From contig JAAYVL010000156.1 in NCBI GenBank assembly GCA_012517205.1, positions 290-64,289 of the forward strand: a stretch of 64,000 bases of DNA, in the 5' to 3' direction. This document shows, one piece after another, positions 48,635 through 57,796 of this stretch. A program made the position numbers and the translations under genes. Within the stretch, counting starts at the first letter, position 1; each line of letters begins with the position of its first letter. Source of the stretch: Verrucomicrobiota bacterium. GTDB lineage: Bacteria > Verrucomicrobiota > Verrucomicrobiia > Limisphaerales > UBA8199. Below the pieces are notes generated by a model, which was not told the DNA's origin, made no database searches, and saw nothing but the letters and a program-made list of their open reading frames with translations.

Positions 48635-48957
48635 TGCACGGCGTCCCGCACCCAGTCCAGGTAGCGGCGGTGGCCGTGGGCGATGGGCAGCGCCACCACC
48701 TCCGGCGTGTCATAGGGATGCCGGGCCACGATCCACTTTTCCAGCGCCGCCCGCCGGGCCGCGGTGGTTTTCATCAGCAGCAGCACTTCCCGGCCCGCCG
48801 TGATCTTTCCCTCCCACCAGTAATGCGATTCGAGGCGCGGGACGAGGTTGGCGCAGGCAATCAGCCGCGCCGCCAGCGCCCCCCGCGCCAGCTTCCGCGC
48901 GGTCGGCAGGTCCGGCGCCGTCACCAGCACCATGATAAACGTATTGCGAGGCTTCAT
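48631..48957 (-). CDS. cutA: Divalent-cation tolerance protein CutA
   Basis: VLVTAPD...ARKLA...RLIACANL...SHYWWEG, EVLLLMKT, HPYDTPEVVALP..G...YLDWV. Confidence 0.93.
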   Translation of the reverse strand: MKPRNTFIMVLVTAPDLPTARKLARGALAARLIACANLVPRLESHYWWEGKITAGREVLLLMKTTAARRAALEKWIVARHPYDTPEVVALPIAHGHRRYLDWVRDAVQ

Positions 48958-49032
48958 GTATGATTTCATCGGGAGCGTTGCCCGGCCGGGGGGCGGCGGC
49001 GCCGCGGGCGTCCCCGGGGCGGGCGGGGTTCT

Positions 49033-50775
49033 TCAGCGCGGCCCGACTTTGGGCCACGCCAGCGGCACGCCCTGGTCCGCCAGCAGTTTCTGGTAATCCC
49101 GCAGCAGGTCGGCTTGCTGGCGCACCTGGCGGGGGAGGCGTTTGCGGGTCGTGCAAAACGCCACCAGCGCGCCCACCGCCTCGCCCAGGTTCCATTCCAC
49201 CGGGTGCAGCCGGTAGCAGCCGTTGGTGATATGAGTGACGCCCAGGTTCTTGGCGGCGGGGAGGAGGTTTTCGACGCGGCGGGGCAGCAGGGCGCCCAGG
49301 GGGATCTGAAACGGCAGGGAGCTGATATCAATCGAGTTATCGCCCCCCGTGCTGGGGTGGAGATCAATCCGGTAGCAGCCAATGCCCACTGAATCCTTGA
49401 ACTCCGCCGCCTTGACCTCCTCCCGCGAGGCGCGGGTTTCCTGCATGCGGAACTCGGTGGCGACGTGCTGCTCGACGACCGTGAACTCCGCGCGGATGCG
49501 GCGGCTCTCGCGGATGTAGGGGTGGCGGGCCAGGCCGTCCTCCGTGCCCACCACGTCGGGCCGCAGCCGCAGCCCCTTCCAGCCGGTGCCGCCGTCGGGG
49601 CGGGGGGCCTCGGTTTGCAGCCAGTAGAGCAGCGACAGGCTCAGTTGTTTGGCCCGGGCCACATGCCGGGCGGCTTCCGCGGCGCTGACCTCGCAGAGGT
49701 TGCCGAGCAGGTAATCGTTTTGCGGCCAGTTCACCAGCGTCAGGTCGCCCGGATACGCGCCGGCGGTGAACTGCGACCGGTCGGCGATGCGCCGGTAGGC
49801 CCACAACCCCGTGCCTTTCGCGGGATCGGTTTCCAGTTTGAACGGCTTCAGGCTGGCCGGATGGCTGTACTCCCAGGCCAGCAGCCGCCCGGGCCAGGGC
49901 GGCCGGAGGGCGGGCACATAGTCGCGCCAGAACGCGTACTCGCGCGGCGGCTCGAGGGTGTGGTCCTCGCCCGCCACGTAATCCATCGCAAAGCAGCAGG
50001 TGAACGCCTGCATGTTCAGCGGCGCGGCCACGGCCGGCGCGTGCGGCTCGCCGGTGTCCGCCTGCGCTTCGGCCCCGGTGACGTATTCCGTCCGCGTCAG
50101 CGGCAGCAGATCCCCCAGCTCCGTCGCATCCACGAAATACGGCGCGCGCAGGACGGTGTCGTTGCCGGACTCAAGGCTGCGCGCCCGGACCGCCTCGACC
50201 CGGTCGCCCGCGGTGAGCGCGTCCACGGCCTGGTGGCGGAGCAAAAGGAGCACCTTGCGGCCGCTGACATACGGCGCCAGGAGCTGGTGCAGCACCGCCA
50301 GGGCCACGCGCGGCTCGTGGCAGAGCCGGGACACCCAGCCGTTGCCGGGGTTGAGGTCCGGCCGGGCCCGCGCCTCGGCGGTGAGCGGGTAATGCCGCAG
50401 ATAATACTCGCGGATTTGCTGGCGCAGGTGGAGGTAACTGCGGGTGCCGCCGAACGTCTCGATCCACGGATTCTCATCCGGCGGCACGGCTTGCGCCGTC
50501 AACTGCCCCCCAATCCAATCCGTTTCCTCCGTCAGGATGACTCGCAACCCGTTGCGCGCCGCCGCCAGCGCCGCCGCGCAACCGCCCAGTCCGCCGCCGA
50601 TGATGACCACGTCCGCCCGCAATTCCTTGGCCCCGGGAGGATGCGCCGGGGCCGCCGCCGGCGCCGGGGCGTCGGCCTGCGCGACGGCAAGCCGCGGCCC
50701 GGTCAAGACCGCCGGGGCCGCAAGGCCCAAACCCTTGAGAAACGAGCGCCGAGGTAATCGAGCCAGCTTAGTCAT
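49033..50775 (-). CDS. FAD-dependent oxidoreductase (FAD_oxidored family) with Tat signal
   Basis: PRRSFLKGLG Tat motif; DVVIIGGGLGGCAAALAAAR, TEETDWIGGQLT, FVDATELGDL, YIRESRRI, FQIPLGALLP. Confidence 0.87.
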   Translation of the reverse strand: MTKLARLPRRSFLKGLGLAAPAVLTGPRLAVAQADAPAPAAAPAHPPGAKELRADVVIIGGGLGGCAAALAAARNGLRVILTEETDWIGGQLTAQAVPPDENPWIETFGGTRSYLHLRQQIREYYLRHYPLTAEARARPDLNPGNGWVSRLCHEPRVALAVLHQLLAPYVSGRKVLLLLRHQAVDALTAGDRVEAVRARSLESGNDTVLRAPYFVDATELGDLLPLTRTEYVTGAEAQADTGEPHAPAVAAPLNMQAFTCCFAMDYVAGEDHTLEPPREYAFWRDYVPALRPPWPGRLLAWEYSHPASLKPFKLETDPAKGTGLWAYRRIADRSQFTAGAYPGDLTLVNWPQNDYLLGNLCEVSAAEAARHVARAKQLSLSLLYWLQTEAPRPDGGTGWKGLRLRPDVVGTEDGLARHPYIRESRRIRAEFTVVEQHVATEFRMQETRASREEVKAAEFKDSVGIGCYRIDLHPSTGGDNSIDISSLPFQIPLGALLPRRVENLLPAAKNLGVTHITNGCYRLHPVEWNLGEAVGALVAFCTTRKRLPRQVRQQADLLRDYQKLLADQGVPLAWPKVGPR

Positions 50776-50920
50776 GCCCCCATGCTACCATCCCCCACGC
50801 GCCTGACAAGCCAACGCGCAAATCCACCCACCCATGCCCGCTTTCCAGAATACGCCGGAAACCTCCTCCATCTCGACCATACCCCATCCCGGAACCTCAC
50901 CTTCCGACCCCATCCTCGAC

Positions 50921-50937
50921 TGTCCAATTATTGGACA
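50921..50937. repeat. 17-bp palindrome TGTCCAAT-T-ATTGGACA (copy B)
   Basis: Identical to 33960-33976. Confidence 0.9.
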
Positions 50938-51027
50938 CTCTCCCCACGTCCCCAATCACCATCCATCCACAGCCCTCCGCCAACGTCGCCCTCGCCCCCG
51001 GCCCGCCCGCCCAATTTCAGGCTCTCG

Positions 51028-51156
51028 CCACCCTATCCACTGGTCGTGTACAAGGGGTGTACAAGGGATGCCCACCGGATGTCCGACAGATTTTAGGTTG
51101 TACTCCCGATGAGCATCCCTTGTACACCCCTTGTACACGGCCAGTGGACAGGGTGG
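51028..51156. repeat. Inverted-repeat (hairpin) element, copy 3 (arms extended by ~15 nt; loop reversed relative to copies 1 and 2)
   Basis: Arms 51028-51078 / 51106-51156 with a few mismatches. The 27-nt spacer matches copy 1 better as reverse complement (18/27) than forward (12/27). Confidence 0.93.
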
Positions 51157-51304
51157 AAGTGGCGTGATTGCAGTGAGTTGGGGTTTTTTGAGGGAGCTGG
51201 AAGCCCGAGGGGGTTTTGGGGGCGGTTTTTAGGGTGGTTTTCGCTGCTGGAGCAGCGGGGCAGAGGGAGAAATCGGGGGTAGGAGACGGGGGGAGGGGGA
51301 TGTT

Positions 51305-51799
51305 TCAGCCGGTTTTAGCGGCGGGGGCGAAGTAGTTTTTTGTATTCAGGTGGACCTCCGGGTTGCTTAGCAGGTCCGCTTCGGAGAGCCAGAGGAACTC
51401 GCCGTGCTGGTCTTTGGGCAGGTTCAGGGTCTCCGGAGCGGCGGTCAGGCCGTAGGCCAGCACGACGTAATGGGTGCCGAAGCCGGGGGTTTGGCGGCTG
51501 TTGGTGGCGTAGAAATGCTCATACACCCCCCGGAAGCGGGTGTCTTCGAGCCGGACTTCCACCCCGAGCTCGGCCCGGGATATGCGCCGGAGGGCGGCGG
51601 CCAGGGTTTCGTTTTTGGAAATCCGGCCGCCCGGGACAAAGAAGGAGCCTTTGGCCGGCTGGTTGACGCGGCGGCCCAGCAGGACCCGCCCGTCGGGCGC
51701 CTGCACGAGCAGGTCAATGGCGACCAGGGGGGTCAGCCGGACAACAGTGTCGAAGTCGTCCGGGGCGAGCCACTCGCCGGGTTTGGGTTCAGGCTTCAT
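51305..51799 (-). CDS. gmm: GDP-mannose mannosyl hydrolase (Nudix)
   Basis: VVRLTPLVAIDL, LLGRRVNQPAKGSFFVPGGRISKNETL, GVYEHFY, THYVVLAY, QHGEFLW, VHLNTKNYF. Confidence 0.88.
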   Translation of the reverse strand: MKPEPKPGEWLAPDDFDTVVRLTPLVAIDLLVQAPDGRVLLGRRVNQPAKGSFFVPGGRISKNETLAAALRRISRAELGVEVRLEDTRFRGVYEHFYATNSRQTPGFGTHYVVLAYGLTAAPETLNLPKDQHGEFLWLSEADLLSNPEVHLNTKNYFAPAAKTG

Positions 51800-51956
51800 C
51801 GCGAGCGGGTAAAGCATAGGCGTTCGGGGGCCGCGAGCACAAGGATAAAACCGGGCGGCGGGTTCGGCGCGGGCGGATATTTTGCTTTTTCCGGGAGGTG
51901 TTTTTCAGGCATGGTGCCGGGGAACCGAATGATTCAGGGGCGCCTGGCGCCCGCGT

Positions 51957-52796
51957 ATGGCCAAGCCGGGACATATAGAATTGCCGACGGGCGAGCGGAT
52001 TCCCATTTTATATGAGGACCGCTCGGTGCTGGCGATTGACAAGCCGCCCGGGTGGATGCTGGTGCCGTTTTCGTGGCAGAAGACGAACCGGAACCTGCAG
52101 GCGGCGCTGGTGTCGTCCATCGCGTCGGGGGCGTATTGGGCGCGCGCGCGGGGGCTGAAGTATTTGCGGTTTGTGCATCGGCTGGATGCGGAGACCAGCG
52201 GGGTATTGCTGCTGGCCAAAAGCCCGGGGGCGGTTCATTCTCTGGGAGCGCTTTTCGAGGGGCGCCGGGTGGCGAAGGTTTACCTGGCGGTGGTGTCCGG
52301 GGTGCCGGGGTCGGAAGCCTGGACGTGCCGGCAGAAGCTGGCGCCGGATCCGGGGGTGATCGGGCGGATGCGGGCCGTGCCGCGGGACGGCAAGGAGGCG
52401 GAAACGCACTTTCGCGTGCTCCAATGCCGGGGTCAGCGGGCCTTGATCGAGGCGCGGCCGGTGACGGGAAGGACGCACCAAATCCGCGTGCACCTGGCCG
52501 CCTCCGGGCATCCGGTGGAGGGGGATCCGCTTTATGGAACGCCGCGCGCGAAGTCGGAAAAACCGTCCCGGCGGCCTGCGCGGCGCGATGCCGGCGCCGG
52601 TGCCGCGGCCCCGGCGGGCGGGGAGGCGGATGGCGTCCGGGCGCCCGCGGACGGGGCGCGGGGACCGGGAACGGGAATGGGTTTGCGCGCGGTGCGGCTG
52701 GGTTACACGGACCCATTCACCCGCCGCCGGGTGGATATTCAGGCTCCGTGGGAGCCATTTGTGAGCGAGTATGGATTCGACGTTTTCCAGTTTTGA
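51957..52796 (+). CDS. RluA-family pseudouridine synthase
   Basis: YEDRSVLAIDKPPG, catalytic VHRLDAETSGVLLLAK, PVTGRTHQIRVHLA, GHPVEGDPLYG. Confidence 0.92.
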   Translation: MAKPGHIELPTGERIPILYEDRSVLAIDKPPGWMLVPFSWQKTNRNLQAALVSSIASGAYWARARGLKYLRFVHRLDAETSGVLLLAKSPGAVHSLGALFEGRRVAKVYLAVVSGVPGSEAWTCRQKLAPDPGVIGRMRAVPRDGKEAETHFRVLQCRGQRALIEARPVTGRTHQIRVHLAASGHPVEGDPLYGTPRAKSEKPSRRPARRDAGAGAAAPAGGEADGVRAPADGARGPGTGMGLRAVRLGYTDPFTRRRVDIQAPWEPFVSEYGFDVFQF

Positions 52797-53328
52797 ACGG
52801 ACGGAAGCGCCGGGGGCCACGCCCGGCCCCACGGCGCTGCTGCGGTTTGGGCCGTCGGCGATTCACGGGCAGGGCGGGTTTGCCCGGACGCGGATCGCGC
52901 GCGGCACGCGCGTGGTGGAGTATGTGGGGGAGCGGATCAGCAAGTCGGAGTCGCTGCGCCGCTGCGAGGCGAACAACGCGTATATCTTCACGCTCAACGA
53001 CGAGCAGGACCTGGACGGGAATGTGGCGCGGAACCCGGCGCGGCTGCTCAACCACAGTTGCGCTCCCAACTGCGAGGCGGAGCTGTTCGAGGATCGCATC
53101 TGGATTGTCGCCCGGCGCGATATTGCGGCGGGGGAGGAGATCACCTTCAACTATGGCTACGACCTGGTGGATTACCCGGAGTATCCCTGCCGCTGCGGTT
53201 CGCCGGACTGCGTGGGCTACATCGTAGCCGAGGAGTTTTTTGCGCATGTGCGCCAGCGGCGCGCCGCGGGGGCGGAAGCGGCTTCCGACCGGCCGGACGG
53301 TGGTCCGGGTTTTTCCCCTCCCGCATGA
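52771..53328 (+). CDS. SET-domain protein-lysine methyltransferase with post-SET Cys cluster
   Basis: SAIHGQGGFA, VVEYVGE, NPARLLNHSCAPNCE, ARRDIAAGEEITFNY, CRCGSPDCVGYI. Overlaps the rluA end by 26 bp. Confidence 0.92.
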   Translation: MDSTFSSFERTEAPGATPGPTALLRFGPSAIHGQGGFARTRIARGTRVVEYVGERISKSESLRRCEANNAYIFTLNDEQDLDGNVARNPARLLNHSCAPNCEAELFEDRIWIVARRDIAAGEEITFNYGYDLVDYPEYPCRCGSPDCVGYIVAEEFFAHVRQRRAAGAEAASDRPDGGPGFSPPA

Positions 53329-53936
53329 ATTACTCACAGATTGGCGCGCGGGCATTTTGCCCGCTTACCGGCTTCGAACGGGCTAAGCGGGCAGGATGCC
53401 CGCGCGCCGGCCTCGGGCGTGAATCGGGCGATCCGGTTGCTGGCAGTTTATGAGAGACATGAGATTGGATGTTGAGAATGAAATGGCGTCGAGGGTCCGT
53501 GGTGGGCTTGGAGTAAACGGCGCGTCCGCGCTGGGGCGGCGGCGGCCGAACTGGTGGACCGGGTTTTTCCCATCCCGCACGGAATACCCACGGACCGGAG
53601 CGCGGGCATTTTGCCCGCTTACCGGCTTCGAACGGGCTAAGCGGGCAGGATGCCCGCGCGCCGGCCTCGGGCGTGAATCGGGCGGTCCGGTTGCTGGCAG
53701 TTTATGAGAGACATGAGATTGGATGTTGAGAATGAAATGGCGTCGAGGGTCCGCGGTGGGCTTGGGGTAAACGGCGCGTCCGCGCTGGGGCGGCGGCGGC
53801 CGAACTGGTGGCCCGGGCTTTTCCCCTCCCACATGAAATATTCACAGACCGGAGCGCGGGCATTTTGCCCGCTTACCGGCTTCGAACAGGCTAAGCGGGC
53901 AGGATGCCCGCGCGCCGGGCTTGCAGGTGCGAAATG
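53290..53936. repeat. Tandem array of ~2.5 x 254-bp units with three REP-doublet hairpins (same family as 47854-48312, opposite orientation)
   Basis: ATGAGAGACATGAG at 53450 and 53704 (period 254). REP doublets at ~53343, ~53597 and ~53851. Flanks CCCGCACG(G/A)AATACCC..GG.CCGGAGCGCGGGC and CTTGCAGG..(T/C)GAAATG match the reverse complement of the 165-bp unit. Confidence 0.92.
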
Positions 53937-53937
53937 T

Positions 53938-55080
53938 TTGGGCGGGCGCCGCCTCGTCCTGCTGCTGGCAGCGGCGGTGGTGCTGGCGGCCTCGGGCGCG
54001 ATCCGGGCGGCCAGCGCCGCGCCCGATCCACGCAGCGCGTTTATCAGCTTTACCGAGTTTTCCCGGTTCACCCGAAGCCCGGGGGCGCGGACGAACGAGG
54101 TGATTCTGCTTTCCCCTGAAATCACGGCCCCGATTGCGTGGGACGAGCTGGTGCTTTCCTGGAATGTGCCGCCCGGGGTGTATCTCAAAGCGGAGGCGCG
54201 CGCGCTCTACCCCGAGCGCGCCACGCGCTATTACACGCTGGGGCAGTGGTCGGACGATCCCGCCCGGTTTCCGCGGCGGAGCGTGCCGGGGCAGCGGGAT
54301 GCGGATGGCGAGGTGCGGATGGACACGCTCGCGCTGAACCACGCGGCGCGCCGGGTGCAGCTTCGCCTTACCGTGGGCGGGGCGGCGGAGCCGTCCGGGC
54401 TGAAGTTTCTCGGGGTGTCCTTTTGCAACACCGCGGCGCCGATTCGGAAGCTGGCGCCCAACCGGGCGGCCTGGGGCAAGGTGCTGCCGGTTCCGGAGCG
54501 GCGGCAGGGCGAGTATGAGGGCGGCGGCGGCTGGTGCAGCCCCACTTCGCTTTCGATGGTGCTGGCGTATTGGGGCGAGCGGTTGCAACGGCCGGAGTTG
54601 AACTACACCGTGCCCGAGACGGCCCGGGCGATCGCCGACGGGCCGCGCGCCGACACGGGGAACTGGCCGTTCAACACGGCGTTTGCCGGGCGGCATCCCG
54701 GGCTGCGGGCCTACGTGACCCGCCTGGGGGATATTGCCGAGATGGAAGATTGGATTGCGGCGGGCATCCCGGTCATCCTTTCGGTATCCTCCTATCTCAC
54801 GCGCAGCCCGGCCAGCGGGCCGGACTATGGCCACCTGATTGTCTGCGTGGGGTTCACCGACACCGGCGACGTGGTGGCGAATAATCCCGGGGTGTCCGTG
54901 CGGAAGAATGTCCGCGCCCGGCAGGTTTATGCGCGGGAGCAAGTGGTCCGCAACTGGGCGCGTTCCAAGAATACGGTTTACCTGATTTACCCGGAGACGG
55001 CGGCGATTCCCGCCAACCGGCTGGGGCATTGGGATGACGGAAGCGCGACGGCCGGCGCGGTGGAGGGGAAGGGCCAATAG
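53938..55080 (+). CDS. Secreted peptidase C39-like family protein
   Basis: Signal-like RRLVLLLAAAVVLAASG; GGWCSPTSLSMVLAYW (Cys), GNWPFNTAFA, GHLIVCVGF (His), VANNP. TTG start at 53938 is a guess; the ORF is open back to an ATG inside the repeat (53704). Confidence 0.75.
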   Translation: MGGRRLVLLLAAAVVLAASGAIRAASAAPDPRSAFISFTEFSRFTRSPGARTNEVILLSPEITAPIAWDELVLSWNVPPGVYLKAEARALYPERATRYYTLGQWSDDPARFPRRSVPGQRDADGEVRMDTLALNHAARRVQLRLTVGGAAEPSGLKFLGVSFCNTAAPIRKLAPNRAAWGKVLPVPERRQGEYEGGGGWCSPTSLSMVLAYWGERLQRPELNYTVPETARAIADGPRADTGNWPFNTAFAGRHPGLRAYVTRLGDIAEMEDWIAAGIPVILSVSSYLTRSPASGPDYGHLIVCVGFTDTGDVVANNPGVSVRKNVRARQVYAREQVVRNWARSKNTVYLIYPETAAIPANRLGHWDDGSATAGAVEGKGQ

Positions 55081-55179
55081 GCGGCTTGCGGAATCCGGGC
55101 CGGCGCGCGCCGTTGGGCCCGGCAAAAGAGGGCGAGGCTGAACGCTTGTCATGGGGCGCGGCGCGGGGCAGACTTGGGC

Positions 55180-56196
55180 ATGAAGATTAGCAAGCCGTTG
55201 CATGTATTTCTGGGGTTGTGGCTGGCGGTGCTCGCCGGGAGGGCGCCGGCCGCGGAGGGGGTGGTTTACCAGGGCTCGGGCGGGCCGGGGCGGGGGAAGC
55301 ACATCGTTTTCTTGGCGGGGGACGAGGAATATCGCTCGGAGGAGGGGTTGCCGATGCTGGCGCAGATCCTGGCGGCGCGGCATGGGTTCAAATGCACGGT
55401 GTTGTTTGCCATCAACCCGGCCGACGGGACGATTGATCCCCTGACGCTGACCAATATGCCGGGGATGGCGGCGCTGGACGCGGCCGATTTATGCGTGATG
55501 GGGCTGCGGTTCCGGGAACTGCCGGATGCGCAGATGAAGCATTTTGTGGACTACCTGAACGCGGGCCGGCCGATCATCGCCCTGCGCACCAGCACGCATG
55601 CGTTCAAATACGAGGTGAATAAGGCCAGTCCGTATGCGAAATACGACTGGCACAGCACCGTTTGGCCGGGCGGGTTTGGCCGGCAAGTGCTGGGGGAGAC
55701 GTGGGTCGCGCATCACGGGAATCATGGCCGGGAAAGCACGCGCGGGGTGATTCATGAAGCGTTCAAGGGGCACCCGGTTTTGCGCGGCGTGGCGGACTTG
55801 TGGGGGCCGACGGATGTTTATGCCATCACGCAGTTGCCCGCCGATGCCCAGGTGCTGGTTTGGGGGCAGGTTTTGACGGGCATGAAGCCGGAGGATCCGC
55901 CGGTGGCGGGGCCTAAAAACAGTCCCATGATGCCGCTGGTCTGGATTCGGAACTACACGGGAGAAAACGGCCGGACGGCGAAAGTGTTGACGACGACTAT
56001 GGGCGCCGCGGTGGACCTCGAAAACGAGGGCCTCCGGCGGCTGCTGATCAACGCCGCCTACTGGGCGGTGGGGCTGGAGAAGAAGATTCCCCGGCGCGCC
56101 AACGCCGCTTGCGTGGGCGAATACCAGCCCAGTTGGTTCGGCTACGGCAAGTTCAAGCCGGGACGGAAACCCCGGGATTTGGCCTGGCCGCATTAA
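55180..56196 (+). CDS. ThuA-like (class I glutamine amidotransferase-like fold) secreted protein
   Basis: Signal peptide; KHIVFLAGDEEYRSEEGLPMLA, RFRELPD, IALRTSTHAF, VLGETWVAHHG, TTTMGAA. Confidence 0.75.
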   Translation: MKISKPLHVFLGLWLAVLAGRAPAAEGVVYQGSGGPGRGKHIVFLAGDEEYRSEEGLPMLAQILAARHGFKCTVLFAINPADGTIDPLTLTNMPGMAALDAADLCVMGLRFRELPDAQMKHFVDYLNAGRPIIALRTSTHAFKYEVNKASPYAKYDWHSTVWPGGFGRQVLGETWVAHHGNHGRESTRGVIHEAFKGHPVLRGVADLWGPTDVYAITQLPADAQVLVWGQVLTGMKPEDPPVAGPKNSPMMPLVWIRNYTGENGRTAKVLTTTMGAAVDLENEGLRRLLINAAYWAVGLEKKIPRRANAACVGEYQPSWFGYGKFKPGRKPRDLAWPH

Positions 56197-56525
56197 TAAG
56201 GAACCGCCCGCTGCTTGAGGGGCCGCGATTTGCCCACGCCTCGCGCGGCTTCTGAACCCTCCCCGAGGCCGCAGCTTTCCTGGCGGCCGGCTATTCGCAG
56301 CGCTCCTTTGGACGGAACGAAGAGGTTCGGGGACTCGGTTGGACTATCTGGCTGGGGCGTGCCTGATTTTGGGTCAGCGAGTCTCCGGTTGGAGCGGGTT
56401 GCCGCTCCGGGCTGCCGGAGAGGCCTGGGCGGGGGCAGTTTCCGCCGCCGCCGGGGAACCGGCACGCGATGTGCTGATGGAGGGGCGGGTCGCCGATGGC
56501 GGGCTATGGATTTGAAGAGAAAACT

Positions 56526-57572
56526 ATGAAGAGAGCAATCGCGCTGGGCGCGAGTATAATGCTGGGGTTGGGGGCGGGCTATGGCCAGGCTCCGCCCGTG
56601 CTGAATATGCAGTTGTCCAACGGGGTCGTCCGGCTGCAAATGACGGGCTCGGTGGGAGCCGCTTACCGGATTGAACGGACGGCCGGCTTTGGCCGCGCGG
56701 GCGGCTGGCAGGTGCTGACGAACCTGGCCGCGCTGGCGGGCAGTCCCTGCGTGGTCATTGACAAGGATGGCGGGCAGCCCGGGTGTTTTTATCGCGCCCA
56801 GGTGGTGGTCAGCCCCAGCGCCTCGAACATGGTCTGGATACCGGCGGGCAGCTTTGTTATGGGCAGCCCGGCGAGCGAAGCGCTGCGGTTTGCGGATGAG
56901 ACGCAGCATACCGTGACGTTGAGCAAGGGGTTTTATATGGGGAAATACCCGGTGACGCAGCGCGAGTATCTGAAGGTGATGGGCAAGAACCCGAGTTTTT
57001 TCACGGGAGACCTGGATCGTCCGGTGGAGGAGGTGAGTTGGAAGGATGCGACGAACTACTGCGGGCGGTTGACGCAGCAGGAGCGGGCGGCGGGGCGGTT
57101 GGCGGCGGGCTGGGGATTTCGATTGCCGACGGAGTCGGAGTGGGAGTATGCGTGCCGGGCGGGGACCACGACGGCATTTCACTACGGGAATGCCTTACGC
57201 CAGGGAATGGCCAATTTCTTCACCTATAACGAATATGATGCCGCGATCGGAAACATCAGCACCAACAGCTCCGGGGTGGGCTATCAAGGGCGGCCGGTGG
57301 CGGGAGGCAGTTATCCGCCGAATGCGTGGGGGCTGTATGACATGCACGGGAACGTGCTGGAATGGTGCCGGGATTGGTATGGGGCATATCCCAAGGGGAG
57401 CGTGGTGGATCCGCAGGGGCCGGCTTCGGGCATGAACCGCGCCATGCGCGGCGGCTACTGGTTCTCTGATGCCGCTTATTGCCGGGCCGCCTACCGCCAT
57501 TGCAATGGGTATCCGGGCCTCCGGAGCGGTTGCACGGGTTTTCGGGTGGTCCTGTCTTCCGGCCAGCCGTAG
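56526..57572 (+). CDS. Formylglycine-generating enzyme (FGE-sulfatase/SUMF1) family secreted protein
   Basis: MVWIPAGSFVMGSP, FYMGKYPVTQ, RPVEEVSW, FRLPTESEWEYACRAG, PNAWGLYDMHGNVLEWC.DWY, RGGYW, GFRVV. ATG at 56526 followed by a signal peptide. Confidence 0.93.
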   Translation: MKRAIALGASIMLGLGAGYGQAPPVLNMQLSNGVVRLQMTGSVGAAYRIERTAGFGRAGGWQVLTNLAALAGSPCVVIDKDGGQPGCFYRAQVVVSPSASNMVWIPAGSFVMGSPASEALRFADETQHTVTLSKGFYMGKYPVTQREYLKVMGKNPSFFTGDLDRPVEEVSWKDATNYCGRLTQQERAAGRLAAGWGFRLPTESEWEYACRAGTTTAFHYGNALRQGMANFFTYNEYDAAIGNISTNSSGVGYQGRPVAGGSYPPNAWGLYDMHGNVLEWCRDWYGAYPKGSVVDPQGPASGMNRAMRGGYWFSDAAYCRAAYRHCNGYPGLRSGCTGFRVVLSSGQP

Positions 57573-57796
57573 CCGGCGCGGCGGGGGGTGGCTTTGCGGC
57601 GGAAGCCCGTTTCCGGGTGTTGGCGGCGTTTCTTTCCTTCGGCTTGCAAGCAGACTTGACCTTGGGGCAGCCATCGCGCACGGTATGCAGGCAAACAAAC
57701 CGGCTGGGGTTGATGAACGGTTGCGGGGCGGTGCCGGCACCGCGCGCCGCCTGCGGACCACCAACCGGGCGAAGCACGATACAGAGACGACTGCCT

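Noticed and set aside
53383-53832. Repeated 'proteins' (53383-53832, 53450-53707, 53637-54188) with duplicated peptide segments
   Set aside because: Translations of the 254-bp tandem DNA repeat; the period is not a multiple of 3.
56526-57572. Diversity-generating retroelement target (FGE/CLec fold)
   Set aside because: No template-repeat copy of the 3' region and no reverse transcriptase are seen in the window; a remote DGR cannot be excluded.
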